From positions 1 to 5,938 of the forward strand of contig JADGIF010000614.1 in the NCBI GenBank assembly GCA_018985225.1: DNA of 5,938 nt, read 5' to 3'. This DNA comes from Amoeboradix gromovi X-113. Taxonomy: Eukaryota; Fungi; Sanchytriomycota. Of this stretch, positions 1 through 5,938 are shown piece by piece (position 1 is the stretch's first letter; each line of letters begins with the position of its first letter). A program made the translations under genes and the position numbers. Below the pieces are notes generated by a model. That model was not told the DNA's origin. It saw nothing but the letters and a program-made list of their open reading frames with translations, and did no database searches.

Positions 1-92
1 ACAGAATATTTATTTTCCTTTTATACTCGTCAACTCCGCAACTAGCTGAATGTCCACTCGCCTCTTAAATAATGTTCTGAGTTGTTACTGAA

Positions 93-124
93 AGTTAGTC
101 CAGTTTTTATATTTGATGTCCCAT
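93..124 (-). repeat. 32-bp inverted repeat, copy A (partner at 5749..5780)
   Basis: Reverse complement ATGGGACATCAAATATAAAAACTGGACTAACT matches 5749..5780 ATGGGACACCAAATATAAAAACTAGACTAACT at 30/32; both mismatches are transitions. Confidence 0.85.
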
Positions 125-451
125 ATGTAGTAAATTTATTATTTGTAATCCCAAATGACCAAGTTTTACAAATACATATGACTTTTCCTTTCTTGAGGCA
201 TCAAGTATTTATTAGAGATTTATTTAGAAGTGAAATATTCTGGATATCGAGATCTGGTCCCATTTCAATTAATGAAAAAAAGAATACTCAGCTTTTTGCT
301 ACTCGATGCATCTGCAAAAGAACTCTCGGTGCTGTAAATGTCACGTAATCGTGATAAATGATTACGCAACTGAAGAGGACAACTGCCCAAAATATAATTC
401 GACTAAAAATAACTCAATAGACGTAGATAATATGAATTTATTGAAGAGATA

Positions 452-737
452 TCATTTTCTTTCAGGAACCAGTCTTTTTAGTATGCTCTGTCTGTGAGAT
501 GTGCCAACATGTTTTCTAATTGTGTTTGTTTTGTCTACTCTATCCAAACTTACAGACTTTAGTGCATCAACCTTGCTCAGTTTATCTTTAAAATTCTTTT
601 GCTTGCTCTCAATATTAGTTGAGCTCAACCGAAATGTTAAATTCGGTTCTGATTCCCATCCTGCTATTATTTCAAATGAATCATGATTAAAGTTGTCCAT
701 TTGTACGCTAGACTGTTAAGCCACAATTGACAGCCAT
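452..737 (-). CDS. Small basic hypothetical protein (82 aa from ATG 700, or 88 aa from ATG 737 if 713..731 is spliced)
   Basis: Open frame 452..712; minus-strand AATAAA at 437..442 just after the TGA, similar to neighbouring genes; tandem spacing downstream of AdoMetDC. No recognisable motif; could be a pseudogene fragment. Confidence 0.35.
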
Positions 738-850
738 TCGGATTTCTGGAAAACTGAGACTTTTTATTCCTTTGTATAGCTGAAGTTCCAATTTTGTATG
801 CGGCAGTATTACTTGAGCTAATTGAAATATGAAAAGAAATCAGAATTTAT

Positions 851-1954
851 TCATTCTCTTTTTAAGCTTATGTACGTTACTTGATGGTTTTTTACTATAC
901 TTTCGACAACATCTACTATCTTATAATCAGTAACAACATCCAATGTTGTCATTCTATTGCAAAACCAAGTAATAATGACTTCTTTTGGCTTAAACAGTTC
1001 TAATGTGTTTTTAATCAAGGCGTTATAGGTGTCTTCACTTTCGCTTGTATAGGACTCTGTCAGGCTATTGCTGTCAAAATGGTCCGTATGTACGTTGGTT
1101 TCTAAGCTGGCGTAACTACAATGCACCTCAGGTGTTATATGAATTGTACAGTAGTACTCCTGATCTTTGTAAGTCAATAGATGGTTAGAGCTAAAGCCGC
1201 ATGGTTTAAAAGAGAAACCGTCCATTTTATGGTCATTTGGTTTAAGGGTGTTGACTAGTTTATAAATTGTTTCATGCTGTGGATTTTTAAATTCAGCTTC
1301 TGACAAATCTATGCTACTGTCAGGACGAGGATAGTAGAACCGGCGACATGCTTGGATATCAAGATGAGTCATCAAAATTTCTAATGTTTGATCATCAGAT
1401 TTTGGTAAACTCAGCAATCTTGCGTTTTTAGTAAAATGCTGCTTAACCGCAATATTAGGTATTAGGTGAATTGGTACGAGTTCACTAGCATACAGGTACC
1501 AGTGCTGGTTTTTGTTTGTGGACCCAAAAGTGTAGGCGTTGCCAGAAAAGTAAAAATCAAGATATTCCACTTCGCGATCCCAATTAGAGTGCATTTCGAC
1601 CTGCAAGTGAGGAGCAAGATAGCATTTGCGACTATAATAAAGCCGCATATTTTGATATCCCAAGAAAGACACGATGCTAAGAAATTCAGGTAAAATTTTC
1701 AATAATGTTGTGCTACCGCAAGTCTTGACAACAATTTTATGGTCAGAGACAAACAGCGAACTTTCACTCAACACAAAAGAATCCATAGAAGTTCCACTCA
1801 TAGTACTTAGAATTGTACAGTTAGCGTTATTCAGCATTGTCTGCCAATTGACGATCTGGCGCAAACTAGCAGAGGTATTTACATTTAATTGGATTTCTAG
1901 AAGCTTTTCTGCTCCTTCAAAAATGGCTGCACCATTAAAAAAATCCATATTCAT
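851..1954 (-). CDS. SPE2: S-adenosylmethionine decarboxylase proenzyme (eukaryotic AdoMetDC), 367 aa from ATG 1954
   Basis: Family motifs FEGAEKLLEI, LSESS (E/S self-cleavage giving the pyruvoyl group), KTCG, FKPCGFSSN, TIHITPE, SYASLETN. First in-frame ATG is at 1954 (the track start at 2008 is GTG). AATAAA overlaps the TGA stop. No intron needed. Confidence 0.96.
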   Translation of the reverse strand: MNMDFFNGAAIFEGAEKLLEIQLNVNTSASLRQIVNWQTMLNNANCTILSTMSGTSMDSFVLSESSLFVSDHKIVVKTCGSTTLLKILPEFLSIVSFLGYQNMRLYYSRKCYLAPHLQVEMHSNWDREVEYLDFYFSGNAYTFGSTNKNQHWYLYASELVPIHLIPNIAVKQHFTKNARLLSLPKSDDQTLEILMTHLDIQACRRFYYPRPDSSIDLSEAEFKNPQHETIYKLVNTLKPNDHKMDGFSFKPCGFSSNHLLTYKDQEYYCTIHITPEVHCSYASLETNVHTDHFDSNSLTESYTSESEDTYNALIKNTLELFKPKEVIITWFCNRMTTLDVVTDYKIVDVVESIVKNHQVTYISLKRE

Positions 1955-2001
1955 TAATGGCGCTGTTTCACACTCTCCAATATACCTCGATTTCTCTCCA
2001 T
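1954..2001 (-). promoter_or_regulatory. Candidate uORF MERNRGILESVKQRH* whose TAA overlaps the AdoMetDC ATG (TAATG)
   Basis: ATG 2001..1999 reads 15 codons to TAA 1956..1954; the last A is the A of the main ATG. AdoMetDC mRNAs of mammals and plants are known to be uORF-regulated. TSS unknown. Confidence 0.45.
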
Positions 2002-2005
2002 TAAA

Positions 2006-2026
2006 CACGTGTTACCCGCCCACGTG
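2006..2026. promoter_or_regulatory. Paired CACGTG E-boxes (or 6-bp RNA hairpin) upstream of AdoMetDC
   Basis: CACGTG at 2006..2011 and 2021..2026 with a 9-nt spacer; the latter reads ATCACGTG on the minus strand (Cbf1-type RTCACGTG). Confidence 0.45.
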
Positions 2027-2226
2027 ATGTAGTCCTGAGTTAATAGTGATGCATTAAATGTAAACCCGTGTAATTAAGTTTAAATTATCTCTTCAGCATT
2101 TTATTGCATTTCAAATTAAATGATTAAATGTGCACATGCGAATTTATGGTTCAGACGGTCAGAACGTATTCTCGGCAGACTAACAGATCTAAAATACTGC
2201 TTGTTAAAGGATGAAAACTTGCTTAT

Positions 2227-3832
2227 TTACTTGAAAAGTACTTCGGAATCTTCTAGTCCCTGCAAAACATCAAGCAGTTTTTGAGTGTATCCATCACGAA
2301 CATAATTCAAATATAATCTCTGAACACTGCTACTAGCATCCTGAGCAAACCCAGTTATATCCCTCTGTCCATTTCTTGTGAAATCGTTTTTCATCGCGTT
2401 CGTACCTGCATAGCACTGTGAAATTTGATTTCCGTTGTCTGCCCAAACGTTCTTAAACAATGCATGTACATGCGGATAGTCTTCTGTTTGTATTCCTAGT
2501 TTCAAAAGCTGGTTGCTGAGTACTCTTAAGGCTATCTGCGCCTGTAACAGATTAGTTCTGTCTAAACAATCCATGCAGTTGGTACGGATTACTGATTTCT
2601 GTAGCTTCAAAATAGCAATTGAATCTTCCTGCTGATTTAAAGGACTCTTACTAGCCGTTGTTGACCAGAAATACTCTGAGCTATTTATTATTTCAGACAT
2701 TTGTTTAATTAACCCATGGACTGCCGAATAGTTAGTTCCTGGACACTCTGCGTGGAAATCCCAGGATATTAGTCTACATTAGTGTGGGATACTTTGTATT
2801 TTCACGTATTTTAGGCTGCAATTGGTTGTAAAACTCTTGAAAAGCCATTCCAAGAATTCCTTCTTTTCCTTGTAATTCAACCAGGCTTAAAAGTACTACT
2901 TCACTGAAGTTGTTTTTTAGCTTTTCTAAATGAACTGACATCGCAGCTCGTTGTTCCACATCTGGAACTGGTAATAGTACTGGCACTGGTTTTAATCCAG
3001 CAGTTTGCTTCCAAAATAACGGGACTGAGCCACGTATCTGAGAGTATTTAAACAGATGACATTGCTCGTTTATATTTGTTGATAATTTCTGTACTGTCTC
3101 TACGTAATTGGCAACATAGCCAAGTTCATCTACACCTCGTTTCTCATATCTTAAACCATTTCGATGTCTAGATCTTCTAGATATTAATATGAGTTCAAAA
3201 GAGTTATCTTCTATAGCAAAATGCTTGAATTGGACTGATCCTTGCAAAATTCTTTTACCGAAAACATTTAAGTCGCCAAGATTGTTGAAAATATTGAAAT
3301 TAAATACAAAAGAAGAGTGATCATCAAATAAGTCATACACATCGCTATAATAAAAGGTGCCACTAGAAAACAAATCGCAAACGCTGTTAATAACGTCATT
3401 AAAAGTTAAATCATTTACCATGCGATTTGTATCTCTTAATAGTTTAGTAGCGGATTGAATACCAGCTTTAAACGTGGGCTGGAGATTATTAAGAGTGGAA
3501 TTGGCAATATCATACAGGGATTTCTTTCTTTCTTGCGAGTCTGTATTTGGGGTTTTTAAAGGATTTACATCTATTTGATCAGACTTAACTGTAGGAAACA
3601 AGCTTAAATGAAGAGCTATGTTAGGGCTAATAGGCAATACCTGGACTTTCTTAATTCTTTTTACCTTGCCTATCCCCTCACTCTCAATAATGCAGACTAA
3701 AATATCAATGCCCATAAGGGTAACGAGACCTATGATACCCTCAATGTAACAATCGTTTATTTGGTTCATACCTTTATAAATCATTTGCTTCTCAATGAAT
3801 ATATTTCCTTTAATTGAGTGAATTTGATACAT
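2227..3832 (-). CDS. SAC-domain phosphoinositide phosphatase (Sac1/Sac2-INPP5F-like), 528 aa, exons 3832..2793 and 2773..2227
   Basis: Motifs LISRRSRHRNGLRYEKRGVD, VANYVET, QIRGSVPLFWKQ, WDFHAEC, catalytic CX5R in RTNCMDCLDRTN, WADNGNQISQCYAGT. First ATG at 3832; spliced length 1587 nt = 529 codons including the stop. Confidence 0.93.
2774..2792 (-). other. 19-nt spliceosomal intron GTATCCCACACTAATGTAG
   Basis: GT...AG ends and CTAAT branch-point-like motif; it contains the in-frame TAG, and removal restores the frame to give ...ENTKLISWDFHAEC..., the conserved SAC xDFH motif. Confidence 0.88.
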
Positions 3833-3978
3833 TTTCAATATGTTTCGGATATCTTGACTCAAATGAGTTAATATCACCAATATTACTGGGTAGGGTAAAA
3901 AGAAACCGAATCATGGGCTGAATTAAATTGCATCAAAAGAAAAAGGAAATTAAACCTGAAACACTTTAACTTTTGATT
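3833..3978. promoter_or_regulatory. 146-bp divergent (bidirectional) promoter region
   Basis: Lies between the head-to-head ATGs of the SAC phosphatase (3832, minus) and endosulfine (3979, plus). Positional inference only. Confidence 0.6.
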
Positions 3979-4197
3979 ATGGAATCCCAAGAAGCGAAAC
4001 TCAAGAATCTCTATGGAGAGCTACCAAATAAAAACGCTTTAGCCAAGAAGAAATTGAAAGAGAGGAAGTATTTTGATTCTGGTGACTATGTATTACAGCA
4101 GCAAGGGAAACAAGTCGATTTAGGGAGTGTTATTCCAACTGCAGATCAGATTCCACATTCGCACCCTGACAAAGAACAGTTAAAAAGAGCACAATAA
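3979..4197 (+). CDS. IGO1: Endosulfine/ARPP-19/Igo1-family PP2A-B55 inhibitor, 72 aa
   Basis: YGELP, then KERKYFDSGDY (Greatwall/Rim15 phosphorylation motif), then IPT..QIPH. First ATG at 3979; tandem TAA TAA stops. Confidence 0.93.
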   Translation: MESQEAKLKNLYGELPNKNALAKKKLKERKYFDSGDYVLQQQGKQVDLGSVIPTADQIPHSHPDKEQLKRAQ

Positions 4198-4208
4198 TAA
4201 ACTTTATT
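4196..4208. terminator. Back-to-back polyadenylation signals AATAAA-C-TTTATT
   Basis: AATAAA on plus (4196..4201) overlapping the endosulfine stops, and AATAAA on minus (4203..4208) just past the end of the convergent frame. Confidence 0.5.
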
Positions 4209-4221
4209 TATATCAACAAAA

Positions 4222-4875
4222 CTATAGGCATGGTGATAATCTCCCCAAAAAATCAGTTGGATTCTTGATTTCATTAGGACTAGAGCTAACAATAGCATTC
4301 GATGCACATTTTCCGTTCTTCAACTTTGATAAGCAATGTTCCACTTGGTCTGGATATTTAAAACATAAAACAATAGCTTGCGCATCTGTATTTCCAAGGA
4401 ACTGTTTTTCTAAGATGCTCATAGAGATACTTTTAATAGTATCTGGCAAGTTCAAACAAAAACCTAAAGTAAATGCGATCATCTAACAGAGATTGAACCC
4501 AATTTCTTTTAATTTAGACTACAGCTCATGTGATTGGTCCTGCAGTGCTAAATGTATTGATTGGAATAATATTACGTTGACACAGACTGGGCTTATTAAA
4601 TGTCCAGGTTTTGTAGACAATCGAGAACTTGGTATAAAACTGACAAATCCAATAGTTCCGTCAGAGTGGAAGCGTGGGTCTCCACTCACTGAGGCTGGAT
4701 TGAATATGGATGCATACACGTCAAGTATATTGTATCTGTCCCCTTCTAAATGACATTTTGTACATGCCTACGTCTCTAAATTATTTTCTTCAGAGTACCA
4801 AGAATTAAACAGCTTGACTACTTTCTTGAATAAATCATTTAGCGAGAATCTGTATGCATTTTTATGTAATTGCAT
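4222..4875 (-). pseudogene. ~217-codon frame of unknown function with three internal TAG codons
   Basis: A single frame from ATG 4875 (MQLHKNAYRFSLNDLFKKVVKLF...) through track ORFs 4519..4719 and 4222..4482; stops only at TAG 4768..4770, 4519..4521, 4483..4485 and 4222..4224; no frameshift. The overlapping plus frame is also nearly open, so strand is not certain. Confidence 0.45.
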
Positions 4876-4929
4876 TGTTTTTCCAAATTTTACAATACTC
4901 TAAATACAGGATATTCTTCATTTTCTCAA

Positions 4930-5040
4930 ATGGTAAATCAATCTAAAGGAACAACTAATATTTACAGTATACCTTCATCAACGTTGAGGAACTGGTCCAA
5001 GAATGGAACAATTAGATGTCTATTAATGCCTAGAAAGAGA
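4930..5040 (+). pseudogene. N-terminal HTH fragment resembling IS607-family TnpA serine recombinase
   Basis: YSIPSSTLRNWSKNGTIRCLLMPRKR fits the remembered pattern Yxvs.sTLRxW...GxIxxxRxPgGkR; the catalytic YARVSS region is absent. A Tc1/IS630-type HTH is a weaker alternative. Confidence 0.62.
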
Positions 5041-5049
5041 TCAACGATA

Positions 5050-5156
5050 GGTAAACTTGTAAAGCATTTATTTAATAATTCGTATGCTATTGGTCTTACC
5101 ACATGTGTAACAATAGAGACCATATGGCTGCAAGGAACATATACATCAAGTATATG
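5050..5156 (+). pseudogene. C-terminal zinc-finger/RuvC-III remnant of a TnpB/Fanzor nuclease (frameshifted)
   Basis: GKLVKHLFNN, a frame change, then FVCYWSYHMCNNRDHMAARNIYIKYM (5079..5156), resembling the TnpB/Fanzor terminus FxCxxC...DRDxNAARNI. Confidence 0.68.
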
Positions 5157-5285
5157 CATCCTAATTCAACCCCACCTCAGGGTAGTGAAAGCGTGAGCAA
5201 TCACTGTAACGGAGCATCTAGCATTGCTAGTTTCTCTGTGGAACTTCTCGACTTTCTCGGAAATCAGGATTTTCAAAGAGTATTG
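5157..5285 (+). ncRNA. Putative omegaRNA scaffold at the element right end
   Basis: By-eye stems: ATCCT 5158..5162/AGGAT 5266..5270 (closing), ACCC 5169..5172/GGGT 5180..5183, AGTGA 5184..5188/TCACT 5201..5205, ACGGAG 5209..5214/CTCTGT 5234..5239 enclosing CTAGC/GCTAG. Position between RuvC-III and the right end is where TnpB/Fanzor omegaRNAs lie. Confidence 0.5.
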
Positions 5286-5288
5286 TAA

Positions 5289-5807
5289 GTGAGGTTGAGA
5301 CGTGATGCTCTAAGGCAGATGATAAGTCAAAGACAGGCTGCATCACGCGGGAATGAGATGATGACTGAAACTGCTACGACTGTTGATATAATAAGAGACT
5401 GGTTTCTGAACTACTTTTCTCAACACAATAACCATTCTTCTTGTTCTTCAGTTTCATATGAATGTCGTTTCCACAAACACGATTCATTACCTTGTTTGCT
5501 CTCAAAGTCCATAGAAACATACATAAAATATATCATATCTTACGACCCTAGGACCAGTTCATAAATTTCGAAGCCTGCATTAGGCGTCCACTTGAGATTT
5601 GACATATTCCGGGCCACGAAGATTGGGACCATATGCAATTGATGGAGAGAAAGAATATAGGGGTTTCATGCTATTATGAACCCTAAAAAGAGGGTATATC
5701 AGAACGATATAGCTCATCTATTCACAAAAAATAATTTATTGAATTCAAATGGGACACCAAATATAAAAACTAGACTAACTCGTTTTAAAGGTGCTCCATA
5801 CGGATAA
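5289..5807 (+). pseudogene. Degenerate reading frame, possibly RFX/D5-C-terminal-like winged helix
   Basis: One frame of 173 codons with internal stops only at 5562, 5640 and 5658; IRDWFLNYF...SLP...YIKY...ISKPALGVHLR..F...KIGT loosely follows the RFX-type winged-helix pattern. Confidence 0.28.
5749..5780 (+). repeat. 32-bp inverted repeat, copy B (partner at 93..124)
   Basis: 30/32 identity to the reverse complement of 93..124. Confidence 0.85.
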
Positions 5808-5938
5808 AATGCTATCATTAATAAAAGATCTTCTTCTATTATACCAATTTTCTTTCATTGGTTGTATTCCTCTTTTTAAAATAAAACTAGAAGACCCTGC
5901 ATCTCTTTCAAATATATGAGGTCTTTGAGCATCTAAGC

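Larger units (their letters stand above)
4893..5285 (+). mobile_element. Non-autonomous, internally deleted IS607/Fanzor(TnpB)-like mini-element, ~393 bp, TA on both sides
   Basis: Perfect 12-bp inverted repeat TTACAATACTCT (4890..4901) / AGAGTATTGTAA (5277..5288) encloses a TnpA-like HTH fragment, a TnpB/Fanzor C-terminal fragment and a structured right end, in the canonical order. Confidence 0.72.

Noticed and set aside
82-497. Plus ORFs 82..348 and 306..497
   Set aside because: No recognisable motifs, the first has a non-ATG start, and they lie in repeat-associated decayed sequence.
501-686. Plus ORF, 61 aa
   Set aside because: Antisense shadow frame of the 452..700 ORF with a non-ATG start.
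360-760. Possible Fanzor RuvC-I/bridge-helix remnant on the minus strand (MAVNCG..., KDKLSKVDALKS...)
   Set aside because: Resemblance is too loose, the catalytic Asp is absent and several frameshifts are needed; would require a profile search.
1466-2027. Plus ORFs 1466..1693 and 1674..2027
   Set aside because: Antisense shadows of the AdoMetDC coding sequence.
2227-3880. Two separate genes or a programmed frameshift for the SAC ORFs
   Set aside because: A canonical GT-AG intron with a branch motif explains the break exactly.
851-4197. Genome-wide TAA/TAG reassignment
   Set aside because: More than 950 codons of recognisable genes contain no in-frame TAR; two genes end in TAA; the single SAC TAG lies in the intron and readthrough would not fix the frame.
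4870-5288. Track ORFs 4870..5196, 4962..5159 and 5103..5288 as intact genes
   Set aside because: Better explained as chimeric or antisense frames of the deleted element; only sub-segments carry motifs.
5775-5936. Minus frame open from the window edge (LDAQRPHIFERD...STFKTS*)
   Set aside because: Could be the 3' end of a neighbouring gene, but it is only about 53 codons with no motif; cannot be supported from this window.
1-5938. CRISPR array, tRNA or rRNA; functional clustering of the three core genes
   Set aside because: No regularly spaced repeats or cloverleaf seen; the genes belong to unrelated pathways and adjacency is expected in a compact genome.

Overview
AT-rich, very compact eukaryotic DNA in the standard genetic code, probably from a fungus-like or other streamlined unicellular genome (inference from gene content and spacing). 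The core is three housekeeping genes: S-adenosylmethionine decarboxylase (minus, 851..1954), a SAC-domain phosphoinositide phosphatase (minus, 2227..3832) whose two ORF-track pieces join by removing a 19-nt GT-AG intron (2774..2792), and an endosulfine/Igo1-family protein (plus, 3979..4197). The right third is accessory DNA. It holds a minus-strand frame interrupted only by TAG codons and a ~393-bp inverted-repeat-bounded mini-element (4893..5285, TA on each side). The element joins an IS607-TnpA-like HTH fragment to the C-terminal zinc-finger/RuvC-III remnant of a TnpB/Fanzor nuclease, followed by a multi-hairpin omegaRNA-like right end. A degenerate winged-helix-like frame follows, and a 30/32-bp inverted repeat links 93..124 with 5749..5780. 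All family assignments are by-eye motif recognition; no searches were run.
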